From an uncultured Pirellulales bacterium (GTDB taxonomy: Bacteria; Planctomycetota; Phycisphaerae; Sedimentisphaerales; Anaerobacaceae): a stretch of DNA of 64,000 nucleotides. The stretch is from assembly GCA_964464635.1 (NCBI GenBank), contig CAYXGT010000001.1:1753-65752 (forward strand), given 5' to 3'. The notes below the pieces were generated by a model that was not told the DNA's origin, searched no databases, and saw nothing but the letters and a program-made list of their open reading frames with translations. This document shows positions 49,145 through 58,360 of the stretch, in pieces (position 1 is the first letter of the stretch; every line of letters starts with the position of its first letter). The position numbers and the translations under genes are program-made.

Positions 49145-50425
49145 TTAAGAGATTTTTATTTTTGCGAATTTTCGTTTTCCGACCTGGACAATCATACCAT
49201 CTTTTGGAACGATTTGTTCATTTGGGTCGGTTTTCTTTTCCGAGTCAATACTGACAGCGGATTGAGCACACAGGCGTTTTGCCTCGCCGCCGGTCTCAAC
49301 AAGTCTGCAATTAACGAGCAATTCCTTCACTGAGACTGCCTCTGGTGCGATTTGTATCTCTGGAATTTTCGTCGGTAATTGCTTCTTCGAAAATACTTTA
49401 TCAAATTCAGCAACAGCCATATCGGAGGGCAAGGCTCTCATATCAGAAGTAATTGATTTAGAATCTGAATTCTGTGGTTCTTTCCCGTCTGTAACGGCGT
49501 CTCCATTATCCCAGAACTGAGCTACAATCATTTTTGCGAGCAGTACTTTTGCTTCTTTGGGGTGGGTTTTTTGCGGGTCAGTCAATTCGGCTATTTTTTC
49601 GGTCGGTATGTCGGTGAGCAGGGTAAAGTAGTTCTCCATCAGGTCGTCCGAGATACTCATAACCTTTCCGAACATATCGTTAGGCTCGTCGGTGACGCCG
49701 ATATAGTTGCCTTTTGATTTGCTCATTTTTTCTTTGCCGTCGAGGCCGACAAGAATTGGTGTGGTGATGACAATCTGGGGCGGCTGTCCATAAGCTTTCT
49801 GGATATCTCTGCCTACGAGATTGTTGAAGGTCTGGTCGGTACCGCCGAGCTCGACGTCGCTATTTATTACGACTGAGTCATAACCCTGCATAAGCGGATA
49901 CAAAAATTCATGGGTGTATACATCGATATCGTTTTTGAGGCGTTGTTTGAAACTATCTCTCTGAAGCATCTGAGCCACGGTTTTTTTTGCTGCCAGCTTT
50001 ATCAGCTCCATTAAAGTAATTTTTGCCAGCCATTCGGAGTTGTATCTGACTTCGAGCTTATCGTCTGAGGTATCGAGGATTTTACCGGCCTGCTCGAAAT
50101 ATGTTTTTGCATTCTTTTCTATATCTTCGGGGCTTAGCATCGGGCGGGTTGTATTCTGGCCTGTGGGGTCACCGATTCGGGCGGTGTAGTCGCCGATGAT
50201 AAGGACAGCCTTGTGGCCGAGGTCCTGGAACTGGCGCATCTTGCGCAAGACTACGGTGTGTCCGAGATGTATGTCGGGGCTGGTGGGGTCGAGGCCGAGT
50301 TTCACTCGTAGCTGGCGATTCGATTGTTTGACATTAATCAATCTTTCGGCAAGCTCGGCTTCGGTGTAGATTTCAATTGTGCCGCGCCTTAATAGTTTAA
50401 CCTGTTCAGCAATTTCGCTTTTCAT
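49145..50425 (-). CDS. tyrS: Tyrosine--tRNA ligase
   Basis: HIGH motif (DIHLGH), KMSKS (KMSKSKGN), GDYTARIGDPTG and a C-terminal S4-like domain. Confidence 0.9.
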   Translation of the reverse strand: MKSEIAEQVKLLRRGTIEIYTEAELAERLINVKQSNRQLRVKLGLDPTSPDIHLGHTVVLRKMRQFQDLGHKAVLIIGDYTARIGDPTGQNTTRPMLSPEDIEKNAKTYFEQAGKILDTSDDKLEVRYNSEWLAKITLMELIKLAAKKTVAQMLQRDSFKQRLKNDIDVYTHEFLYPLMQGYDSVVINSDVELGGTDQTFNNLVGRDIQKAYGQPPQIVITTPILVGLDGKEKMSKSKGNYIGVTDEPNDMFGKVMSISDDLMENYFTLLTDIPTEKIAELTDPQKTHPKEAKVLLAKMIVAQFWDNGDAVTDGKEPQNSDSKSITSDMRALPSDMAVAEFDKVFSKKQLPTKIPEIQIAPEAVSVKELLVNCRLVETGGEAKRLCAQSAVSIDSEKKTDPNEQIVPKDGMIVQVGKRKFAKIKIS

Positions 50426-50499
50426 AACAATCTTTCATAAACCGAAAAACCAACAGGGGTAATTATACGAAATAGCGCTGCGGTTTCAAGGATGAAAAC

Positions 50500-51057
50500 T
50501 TACCAGTCGCTGGTTGTGAGCCGGACGGTGCCTTTGGGGAAGTCTCTTAGTTTCAGGGGGTAAAACATTTTATGCTTGTCCGGCGGGAAGTGGACGGTTT
50601 TGCCGTCCTCGATTTTGTAGAAGTCCTGGTTTTCTATCTCGCGCCAGCCGTTACGGGCATAGACCTTTAAGATGGGGTCATAGGAGGTAAAGAGCAGGCC
50701 GAAATCAAAATCGTATTTTTCAGTTTCTGTCATCGCAGCCTGCAGAATGATGTCACTTACGCCTTTCTTTCGGTAAGCGGGGATTACGAAGACGTTTTGC
50801 GGGCCTGCGACGCGAAAGGGTTTGTTGTCGATTTTTATCTGCGTATCGACGACGGCTGCGTGCGCGATTATGTCGCGGTTTCTTTCGATGAAGACAGTAA
50901 ACAACGGTGTTATTCCGTGCCAGGGGCGCAGGCTCTCATAAATGTGTTTGTGCCAGGGAAAACAGATGCAAAGGCTCTTTCTGACTGCGGCATCGAGCTC
51001 ATCGCCGATTTGCGCTTCTTTTATTATTTTCGGCTTGGGCAAATTCAATTCATACAT
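50500..51057 (-). CDS. GNAT family N-acetyltransferase (putative)
   Basis: Acetyl-CoA-binding-like segment VFVIPAYRKKGVSDIILQAAM within a GNAT-sized protein. Confidence 0.55.
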   Translation of the reverse strand: MYELNLPKPKIIKEAQIGDELDAAVRKSLCICFPWHKHIYESLRPWHGITPLFTVFIERNRDIIAHAAVVDTQIKIDNKPFRVAGPQNVFVIPAYRKKGVSDIILQAAMTETEKYDFDFGLLFTSYDPILKVYARNGWREIENQDFYKIEDGKTVHFPPDKHKMFYPLKLRDFPKGTVRLTTSDW

Positions 51058-51059
51058 TT

Positions 51060-51569
51060 TTATGTGCCCGACTTTTTACATTTGTTTAATTTGGCGGTTA
51101 TGAAATTGAGCAGCAGCAGTATAATGGCTGCAAGCCAGAATGCAAGACAAAGGGTTTTGACGTCATCATAGGCGATAAGATGCAGCAGTGGTTTTGCCTT
51201 TGAAGGCCAGAATGGTTTCATATCCCAGTGGGTAAGTGAATCAATAAGAATGTGAAACCAGGCGCCGAGAATTGACCAGGTCAGGATTTTCAGAAAGGTC
51301 GGCTGGTACGGCAGGCGCAAAAGGTTCATAATTTTTTTCAGCAGATTCCGCAGCGGATACAGGACAACAGCTAAAGCAATTGCGACGGCGGTTGCGCCCA
51401 GAAAAGTGTGACAGAATCGGTGGGGATGGTCGAGATGTCTTGTTAAGATAATCAGAGGCTCGATGTCGATAGCAACGTTAACAAGCAGAAAAGCTGGTAT
51501 ATCGACTCTTTTTTTGAATAGCAGGCCGATAAATCCTGCAGGACCAAAATGATAAGGCGTAAACGGCAT
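51060..51569 (-). CDS. Membrane-bound metal-dependent hydrolase-like protein (YdjM/DUF457-like)
   Basis: Polytopic protein with a His-rich motif set (PYHFGP; HPHRFCHTFLG; FHILIDSLTHWDMKPFWP) reminiscent of the DUF457 family. The assignment is from memory. Confidence 0.45.
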   Translation of the reverse strand: MPFTPYHFGPAGFIGLLFKKRVDIPAFLLVNVAIDIEPLIILTRHLDHPHRFCHTFLGATAVAIALAVVLYPLRNLLKKIMNLLRLPYQPTFLKILTWSILGAWFHILIDSLTHWDMKPFWPSKAKPLLHLIAYDDVKTLCLAFWLAAIILLLLNFITAKLNKCKKSGT

Positions 51570-51642
51570 AAGATTCCTCTTAATACAACAGTGATTAGGC
51601 GGCTTGCTTAACTTTCATTGACATTTTATATTTACACATTTG

Positions 51643-52617
51643 TTAAGCCTCCAAGAAGCTACCTTTTATCAGGTAGTTTTTTATGTAGTCGGAGATTGCG
51701 TCTTCGAGTGTTGTAGTTGGTTTTTTGTAGCCGGCTTTTTTGATTTTTGAGGTTTCGGCTTCGGTGTAGTACTGGTACTGCTTTTGAAGTTCGGCGGGCA
51801 TATCGATGTATTCGATGTTCGGCTGTTTGTCCATAGCGGCAAAGACAGCCTTCACTAAATCGTTCCAGGTTCGAGCCCTTCCGGTACCGATATTGAAAAG
51901 GCCGTTGACCCTGGGATTGTCAAAAAAGAACAGCGTCTGCTCGACAGCATCTTTTATATAAATGAAGTCACGAACGTATTCTCCGTCGGCATATTCGGGA
52001 TTGTGAGATTTGAACAGCCGGACGGAGCCGCTTTTTATTATCTGCTCGTAGGCCTTTATGACGAAGCTTCGCATATCGGCCTTGTGGTATTCATTGGGGC
52101 CGAAAACGTTGAAGTATTTCAGGCCTGCGAATTTTTTCAGCAGGCCTGAACGCTTCGCCCATAAATCAAAAAGCTGCTTCGAGTAACCGTACATATTCAA
52201 AGGCCGCAGGATTTCTATTTTTTCTTCGTCGTCAGAAAAACCGGCAGAGCCGTCACCATAGGTCGCTGCGCTGGATGCGTAAATGAATCGTACGCGCGAG
52301 TCGGCTGACCAGTGTGCCAGGAGCTTGCTGTATTCATAATTGTTTTTCATAAGGTATGAGGCGTTTGTCTCGGTAGTGTCGGTGCAGGCTCCCATATGGA
52401 AGATTGCCTCGACGGGCGGTGCGATTTTATTGTCCAGCAAAAGCTCGAGGAAATCATTTTTTTCGATGTAGTCTGCGAAGGAAAGATTGAGAAGATTTTT
52501 CCATTTTTCTTCCGAAGCCAATTCATCCACAACCAGAATATCATCGATGCCGCGAGCATTCAGTGCAGCGATGACAGATGAGCCGATAAAACCCGCTCCG
52601 CCTGTAACGATTATCAT
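51643..52617 (-). CDS. hldD: ADP-L-glycero-D-manno-heptose-6-epimerase
   Basis: MIIVTGGAGFIGS..ALN.RGI.DILVVD, ASSAATYG, YGYSK and FNVFGPNE track E. coli HldD closely. The start is the internal ATG at 52617, because the longer ORF reads into a repeat hairpin. Confidence 0.9.
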   Translation of the reverse strand: MIIVTGGAGFIGSSVIAALNARGIDDILVVDELASEEKWKNLLNLSFADYIEKNDFLELLLDNKIAPPVEAIFHMGACTDTTETNASYLMKNNYEYSKLLAHWSADSRVRFIYASSAATYGDGSAGFSDDEEKIEILRPLNMYGYSKQLFDLWAKRSGLLKKFAGLKYFNVFGPNEYHKADMRSFVIKAYEQIIKSGSVRLFKSHNPEYADGEYVRDFIYIKDAVEQTLFFFDNPRVNGLFNIGTGRARTWNDLVKAVFAAMDKQPNIEYIDMPAELQKQYQYYTEAETSKIKKAGYKKPTTTLEDAISDYIKNYLIKGSFLEA

Positions 52618-52639
52618 AGACAGCTTCCTTAATATATAC

Positions 52640-52682
52640 CACGAGCTCTGAACTCGTAAAGGCACGGCCAGGATGGCCGTGC
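52640..52682. repeat. Family-B bipartite palindromic element (diverged first hairpin + GCACGGCC-AGGAT-GGCCGTGC)
   Basis: CACGAGCTCTGAACTCGT is followed by GCACGGCCAGGATGGCCGTGC (52662-52682). It has the same architecture as 61070-61113. Confidence 0.7.
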
Positions 52683-52740
52683 TACATTAAGTTTAAATTC
52701 GGGAGAGGTTTATGTCAAATGTTAATAGTATGCGCACAAA

Positions 52741-52767
52741 AAAAACCGCTGATGATAAGCGGTTTTT
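52741..52767. terminator. Bidirectional intrinsic terminator-like hairpin
   Basis: AAAAACCGCT-GATGATA-AGCGGTTTTT forms a perfect 10-bp stem with an A-run and a T-run on its flanks. Confidence 0.55.
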
Positions 52768-53011
52768 ACTCAACAAGGGACAAGAAAATTGAATATATCA
52801 GCAAAGGGCAATATAGCTTGCGATTGCTAAAAACAGAATCCGCTTTTTGCCGATAGTAAATGGAATCCAGAATTTATAATAAAATTTTTTCATCACCACC
52901 ACACCGAAAACCATCAGGCTCTTAACAGGTTCATTATAGCAAAAACGGTATGGACAAGTCAAGAAAATAGGGATTTTTTGTGTACTAAGCTGCTATATAA
53001 CAAGAGGTTAT

Positions 53012-53044
53012 GCAAAAAAGAAAATCCCGGTTTAATCCGGGGTT
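53012..53044 (-). terminator. Intrinsic terminator after the redox operon
   Basis: On the minus strand the sequence reads AACCCCGGATTAAACCGGGATTTTCTTTTTTGC. This is a GC stem followed by a T-tract, about 25 nt after the stop of 53067..54287. Confidence 0.6.
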
Positions 53045-53066
53045 GATATTCCAAAATATACAGGTT

Positions 53067-54287
53067 TTAAGCCAACTTTTGTACAGCCTGTCTCATTATT
53101 TGTGCAATCGGCAGGTGATTGGGACAGAGTTTGTGAGCCATTGAATAATCAGCGGAGAGCAGTTTTGCCTTCGCGGCTGACGGCAGCAGAGCGAAATTTT
53201 CTTTTGCGAGGATTGTCTCGCCGTAGCTGTTGTGGTACATCATATATCGCATAACCTCTGCGATGTACGGCATATCGGGACAGGCAGAAGAACAAATCCG
53301 GGCACAGCCTGCACAGTAGTCACTTTTTGTACTGCTGGCATAGTCACTAAGGGCCTGCCGGTCTGCTTTTGTGAGCTGCTGTTTGACGATGACAGCATTT
53401 ATGTTTTCCTGCAATTCGGGAACAGACTTCATACCGATGCAGGCGGATGCGATTCGACCGTCCTGCAGGATTGATTTGATTCTTGCCTGCAGCTCGGTGT
53501 ATCCTTTGTCCATAAAGTGTTTATAAACTTTCTTATCTTCTTCGGTGAATTCCTCGCCGGGTCTGACCCTCAGGCCGAGAGTTTTCATAGCAACCAGACC
53601 GACGCCGGCCTTTTGACAGGCGTCAATCGCTTTTTTCATATCATCATCGAGCATCAGGCGGAAGTTATAACTCGTCATTATCGCATCAATCCAGCCGAGC
53701 TTTACAGCGGCCGTCATACATTGGGGCATATTGCTGTGTGTGCTGAAGCCGAAGAATTTTATTTTCTTCTGCTTTTTTGCTTTTTCGGCCCACTGTTTCA
53801 AATCTTCTGTAAGCATCGCCGGGTCTGACAGGCCGTGAAACTGATAAAAATCGATGTAATCGGTCTTCATATTTTCCAGAGAAGCATTCAGGCGACTTTC
53901 AATATCGGCGACGGTTCTTGCGCGCGAAGCCTTCGTTACAATGAACAGCTTCTTTCGCAGATTCGAGTCGCTTTCGATGAGTTTACCGATTGTAGCCTCG
54001 CTGTTTCCGCCCATATAGTTACTCGCGGTATCGAAGTAAGTGACATCGTTTCGAATTGCAGCTTGCAAGATAACGAGACTATCGAGTCTGTTGCCGCCAA
54101 TTGACAAACAAGGCACTTTAACGCCTGTTTTGCCGAGCTTTCTGAGGGGTATTTTGGATTTTTTCCCGGCTGGCGCGTTGGGGTCAGTTGTATTCGGGTC
54201 GCCAGCAAGGATTTTTGAGAGCTGAGTGAAAAAAGGCAATGCCCCCGCGGCGCCGACGGACTTGAGGAATTTTCTTCTATCGAGCAT
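53067..54287 (-). CDS. Tat-signal aldo/keto reductase with a C-terminal Cys-rich (Fe-S-like) extension
   Basis: Twin-arginine signal MLDRRKFLKSVGAAGA. AKR strings are YFDTASNY..G.SE..IG and DYIDFYQFHGL. The C-terminus reads DYCAGCARICSSACPDMPYIAEVMRYMMY. Confidence 0.75.
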   Translation of the reverse strand: MLDRRKFLKSVGAAGALPFFTQLSKILAGDPNTTDPNAPAGKKSKIPLRKLGKTGVKVPCLSIGGNRLDSLVILQAAIRNDVTYFDTASNYMGGNSEATIGKLIESDSNLRKKLFIVTKASRARTVADIESRLNASLENMKTDYIDFYQFHGLSDPAMLTEDLKQWAEKAKKQKKIKFFGFSTHSNMPQCMTAAVKLGWIDAIMTSYNFRLMLDDDMKKAIDACQKAGVGLVAMKTLGLRVRPGEEFTEEDKKVYKHFMDKGYTELQARIKSILQDGRIASACIGMKSVPELQENINAVIVKQQLTKADRQALSDYASSTKSDYCAGCARICSSACPDMPYIAEVMRYMMYHNSYGETILAKENFALLPSAAKAKLLSADYSMAHKLCPNHLPIAQIMRQAVQKLA

Positions 54288-54340
54288 TTTATTTTGTGCC
54301 CCATTCTCTAAAACTATATTTGTTTACCGCCGTGAATATA

Positions 54341-55588
54341 TCAGGCTAATTTTTTTGCAGCCTCTCTCATAAGACTTCTTATGGGCAGCCTGTTCGGACA
54401 TTTTGCTTCTGCAAGTGAGTAGTCCACGTTAAGCAATCCTGCCTTTGTCGCAGAGGGCAATTGAGCGAAAAGGTCTCTTGCCATTTTGCGGTCGCCGTAG
54501 CTGTTATAGTACATAAGGTATCGCATAATATCGGCTACGTATGGCATATCGGGTGCCGCACTTTCACATATTTGCGAGCAGCCGGCGCAATAGCCGTCAC
54601 AGTTTTTCTTTGCATATTCAGCGAAGAAAGCAACGTCTTTTTCATCAAGCGGGGTTTTGTCGAGGACGGCATCGACGCCGAGGACAAGATGCTCTATGCT
54701 GCCTCTGCCGACACCGACACAAGCAGTGCAGAAGCGTTTGTCCTGCAGGACAACCTTTACCTTTGCCTGACCTTCGGTGAAGCCTTTTTTGGTGAAGTAA
54801 TCGATTAGCTCTTGTTCCTTATCGGTCCGCTGTCTGGTTCTCTGGGCCTGTGTTTTCATAGCAATAAGAGCGATACCTTTTTCGTGACAGGCCTGTACGG
54901 CCTCCTGCATTTTAGTATCCTGCATCACGTTGTAGTTGTAGCTTGTCATAACAGCGTCAATCCAGCCGGTTTGCGCAGCGGCTAAAAGGTGGTCAGCCAT
55001 ATTTGAATGGGTGGTGAAACCTATATATTTTATGAGTTTTCGTTTTTTTGCATCTTCGGCCCATTTTCGCAGGTCATCATTAAGCTGGCTGGCATTGCGG
55101 AGTCCGTGTAAGTAGTAAAGGTCGATATAGTCCGTGTTCATTCTTTTGAAGGACTCGCGAAGACAAGCTTCAAGCTCTCCTGGTGTGCCCCCGCTCTTGG
55201 AGGTAAGAAACATTTTTTTACGCAGCTCGGGCTGTTTTTCGAGAATTTTTCCGATACCAATTTCGGCGTTTCCGTTTGCGTAGCTGTAGGCACAGTCCCA
55301 GTAGTGTACGCCAAGCTGGAGTGCTTTTCTGAGGACGGCCTGCTGCTCGAGTGCATTGAACATTACACCGAGTGAAAAGGCCGGGATTTTATAATCGTAT
55401 TTACCGAACTTTCGCAGGGGTATCTTGGGGGTTTTTGGTTCGGCCGTGTTAGGGTCGGCTACGTTTGCATCGTTTGCATCGTTTGCATCAGCTAACAGGC
55501 CCTTTGAAAGGAAGGCAGAACCTGCACCGGCTGCGGCTACTGTTTTCAGGAAGTTTCTCCTGTTTATGGTATTTTTTTCGTTCGACAT
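54341..55588 (-). CDS. Tat-signal aldo/keto reductase with a C-terminal Cys-rich (Fe-S-like) extension (paralog of 53067..54287)
   Basis: Signal INRRNFLKTVAAAGAGSA. AKR strings are YWDCAYSYANGNAEIGIG and DYIDLYYLHGL. The C-terminus reads DGYCAGCSQICESAAPDMPYVADIMRYLMY. A DANDANDAN linker is encoded by a tandem 9-nt repeat. Confidence 0.75.
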   Translation of the reverse strand: MSNEKNTINRRNFLKTVAAAGAGSAFLSKGLLADANDANDANVADPNTAEPKTPKIPLRKFGKYDYKIPAFSLGVMFNALEQQAVLRKALQLGVHYWDCAYSYANGNAEIGIGKILEKQPELRKKMFLTSKSGGTPGELEACLRESFKRMNTDYIDLYYLHGLRNASQLNDDLRKWAEDAKKRKLIKYIGFTTHSNMADHLLAAAQTGWIDAVMTSYNYNVMQDTKMQEAVQACHEKGIALIAMKTQAQRTRQRTDKEQELIDYFTKKGFTEGQAKVKVVLQDKRFCTACVGVGRGSIEHLVLGVDAVLDKTPLDEKDVAFFAEYAKKNCDGYCAGCSQICESAAPDMPYVADIMRYLMYYNSYGDRKMARDLFAQLPSATKAGLLNVDYSLAEAKCPNRLPIRSLMREAAKKLA

Positions 55589-55605
55589 TTTTCTATTCTC
55601 CTAAA

Positions 55606-57351
55606 TTAGAGAAGTAATTTTCTATCTGTGCTTCTGCTTTCACCTTCGGCAGAGACTCTTATAGCTTTTTTACCGCTGACAGGACATTCGTGTTCGCAAA
55701 TGCCGCAGCCGATACAACGTTCGATATCAACATAGGGTCGCTGCAAACGTACCTGGATGTGAATTTTCGAGCCTTCAGCGGGAATTTTTGCAAATTTAAC
55801 CTCTTTTGAAATTGTTATAGCGTTATTTGTATTTGTTACTATTTTACCCTTTTGACTCCCATCGAGACTGCAATAGTAATCACCGGTTGCGAATTTGTCA
55901 AGCGTTAAATTATTTTCGACGGTCTCGATTGTATTTCCGACGACTTTTTTTACTGTTAACAGGCCGTCTCTTACGGTACTGAAATATTCCCGTGTAAAAA
56001 TTGCCTTCGGGCTTACGGGGCAGTTTTCCTCGCAGACGATACAGGGTTTGTCGAAAGCCCAGGACAGGCATCTGTTTCTGTCAACGAAGGCAGTACCTAA
56101 TTTGAGAGGGCCTTTGTCGACAAAGTCACCTGTGCCGAGTTTTTCATCGATAGTTATTTTTCTGATTGCAGCGGTGGGACAAATTTGTGAGCAGGCGATG
56201 CAATTTAGCTGACAGCCGCTGGTGCCTATTCGATTATTAAGAATAGGTGTCCAGAGCGCTTCAAGGCCTTTATCGAGACCTGCCGGCTGAAGAACGTTCG
56301 TCGGGCAGATGCGCATACACTGTCCGCACTTGATACAGCGTTTGAGGAATTCAGGCTCAGCAAGTGAGCCGGGGGGACGAATTAATTTATGAGGCCAGTT
56401 GGCTTTGATTTTACCGGCGAGCCTTACTGCAGGGACAGCCAGAAGACCCGAAGCGAGTGACAAAACGAAGCCGCGTCTCGAGATATCAGGATTGGTGACT
56501 TCGCCCGCAAGCGAAGGTCTTACCTGGTAGCGGATTACATTATCTTTTGTTTTGCAGTCCTGACGGCAGTTAAAACAGAGGACACATTCTGAAATTTTTA
56601 TGTCTGCTGAGGGCTCACAGGCGCCTTCGCAATGCTGCTCACAGAATTTGCAATTCGAGCAGGTTTTTGTTTTTTTGCCGATACGCCAGATTGAGAACCG
56701 GCTTAAGACGGCGAACAATGCGCCGAGGGGACATATAAAGCGACAGTAGAAACGCGGGATTACAAAGTTGAGTAAGACAGCGGCGAGAAAGATTGCAAAG
56801 ATTACAAAAGTTGTGTCGTAGAACCGCTGAGATACCGAGAGGATATTGACGGAGCCATCGGCTATAGGCATCAGGATAAGATTGAATGAGCGTGTAACCA
56901 GCGGGATTGGGTCGAGCAGGCCGGTCTGCAAAGTCGCAGCCAGCGAGGGAAAGGCAGCGGTAATGAGCAGGAAAATTAAGATGAAATATTTTATTGACTG
57001 GGCCTTTCGGTATCTGTTGAGCTTTATTTTCTGAGCGGCGGTTTTTTTGCGTGAGCCGAGATAACCGAAGAAGTGATGGATTGAGCCGAAAGGGCAGAGC
57101 CAGCTGCAGAAGAACCTGCCGAAAATGATTGTCAGGATTACGGTCAGCAGTGCCCACAGCAACGTCCAGTAAAGGGTATGGGTGGTGAGGATTGTGCCCA
57201 GTGCAACGAGGGGGTCGAGGCTGAGGAACAGGTTTACCGGCCAGTTTCGCAGTTGCCAGAATTTGCCGCCGTAGGTAGTGACAATGCAGAACCAAACGAA
57301 GAGTGTGAAAAAGAAAATCTGGCTTATTCTTCTTACAGTAACTATTTTCAT
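55606..57351 (-). CDS. Integral-membrane polyferredoxin (NapH/MauN/NosR-like N-terminal TM module + multiple 4Fe-4S motifs)
   Basis: TM helices carry CSWLCPFGS and CRFICPLGA, which are NapH-type CX3CP motifs. Ferredoxin motifs follow: CSNCKFCEQHC, CVLCFNCRQDC, CIKCGQCMRICP, CIACSQICP, CIVCEENCP and CIGCGICEHECP. Confidence 0.75.
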   Translation of the reverse strand: MKIVTVRRISQIFFFTLFVWFCIVTTYGGKFWQLRNWPVNLFLSLDPLVALGTILTTHTLYWTLLWALLTVILTIIFGRFFCSWLCPFGSIHHFFGYLGSRKKTAAQKIKLNRYRKAQSIKYFILIFLLITAAFPSLAATLQTGLLDPIPLVTRSFNLILMPIADGSVNILSVSQRFYDTTFVIFAIFLAAVLLNFVIPRFYCRFICPLGALFAVLSRFSIWRIGKKTKTCSNCKFCEQHCEGACEPSADIKISECVLCFNCRQDCKTKDNVIRYQVRPSLAGEVTNPDISRRGFVLSLASGLLAVPAVRLAGKIKANWPHKLIRPPGSLAEPEFLKRCIKCGQCMRICPTNVLQPAGLDKGLEALWTPILNNRIGTSGCQLNCIACSQICPTAAIRKITIDEKLGTGDFVDKGPLKLGTAFVDRNRCLSWAFDKPCIVCEENCPVSPKAIFTREYFSTVRDGLLTVKKVVGNTIETVENNLTLDKFATGDYYCSLDGSQKGKIVTNTNNAITISKEVKFAKIPAEGSKIHIQVRLQRPYVDIERCIGCGICEHECPVSGKKAIRVSAEGESRSTDRKLLL

Positions 57352-57364
57352 AAGATTATAGCTT

Positions 57365-58360
57365 TCAGGTTACATTCGCGATAATTGGTTTTAGAGACTG
57401 GTAATCGGCTGTGCCGGCGCCTGCTGACTGGGCTTTTGCGAGATAGGGCAGGTCGGCGGGTTTAAGGCCGAGCAGTGAGCAGCCGAAAGAGTCCGCTGCG
57501 ACGGGATCACAGCTTGCGATGACGGTATCGGTCCTTTTCAAATCCGAGAACGAACCGCCGGTCGGGCCGTTGGTTACCATAGTCTCGGTGCCGTCGAGTA
57601 TGACAAGGGTCGGCTTTACGAGCATAACGAGCTCGGCGATGATTGTGTTAATGTCCTGATGAAAGAGATTACGCCGGCCTCCGAGCAAGCCGTAAAAGTT
57701 TTTCATAGACATCGAGGCAGCCGCCCTGCTGTGACTTTTTACAGGTGCAATGCCGATGAGCTTGTCAGCTTTTGCGAGCGGCTCGTAGAGGACAGGCCAG
57801 TTTCTGATGTATTTGGATTTTTCGAGCGTTGTCGGTCTGAACAGGTTCAGTTTGGGCAGGATGACTTCGGCACCGGCTTGTGTGGCGGCTTTGCCGATTT
57901 GGCTGATAGTAAAACAGCTCGCGGGATTGTTGATGGGATTATCAGTAATGTAAACCCGCTTTGCCTTAGCTCTGCTGTAGCAAAGCCGTATAACTTCTGC
58001 GACGAGGCCGGGATTTGCAGTAGCGCCGAGAGCGGGTACGGAAGTGAAAGCGACGTTGGGCTTTATGACGACGGTTTCATTGGGCTTTACAAATCTTTCT
58101 ATACCACCGAGCAAATCAATTGCCTTATCGACGGTTTTTACCCTGTCGGGGCCTTTAACGATACTGATAGTCCGGCCCTGGACAGCAGGGATGGAAAAAT
58201 CGGGTATAGTGACAAGGTCGGAGGGCGGCTGAGCGGAGGGGCCCTGCCTGTCGTAAAGGGTTTTAGCGATGACTCCTGCTGCGGCGATGGACAGGCCGGC
58301 CTTTACGGCCCTTGCGAGAAACCTTCTTCTGTTTAATTGTTGCTCATTCTTTTCGTTCAT
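57365..58360 (-). CDS. Tat-signal DUF362 domain protein
   Basis: Signal LNRRRFLARAVKAGLSIAAAG. DUF362-like strings are VVIKPNVAF, GIAPVKSHSRAA and VILDGTETMVTNGPTGG. Confidence 0.65.
   Translation of the reverse strand: MNEKNEQQLNRRRFLARAVKAGLSIAAAGVIAKTLYDRQGPSAQPPSDLVTIPDFSIPAVQGRTISIVKGPDRVKTVDKAIDLLGGIERFVKPNETVVIKPNVAFTSVPALGATANPGLVAEVIRLCYSRAKAKRVYITDNPINNPASCFTISQIGKAATQAGAEVILPKLNLFRPTTLEKSKYIRNWPVLYEPLAKADKLIGIAPVKSHSRAAASMSMKNFYGLLGGRRNLFHQDINTIIAELVMLVKPTLVILDGTETMVTNGPTGGSFSDLKRTDTVIASCDPVAADSFGCSLLGLKPADLPYLAKAQSAGAGTADYQSLKPIIANVT

Noticed and set aside
52798-52893. 31-codon minus-strand ORF (MKKFYYKFWIPFTIGKKRILFLAIASYIALC) between two terminator-like hairpins
   Set aside because: It has an SD-like GGTGGTG and a hydrophobic product. 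However, it is too short to support without conservation or expression data.
56639-57295. 218-aa alternative-frame ORF within the polyferredoxin gene, and the 225-aa plus-strand ORF 57659..58336 opposite the DUF362 gene
   Set aside because: They overlap ORFs with strong Cys-motif or Tat-signal evidence. Their composition is Arg/Pro/Leu-rich, typical of off-frame translation.
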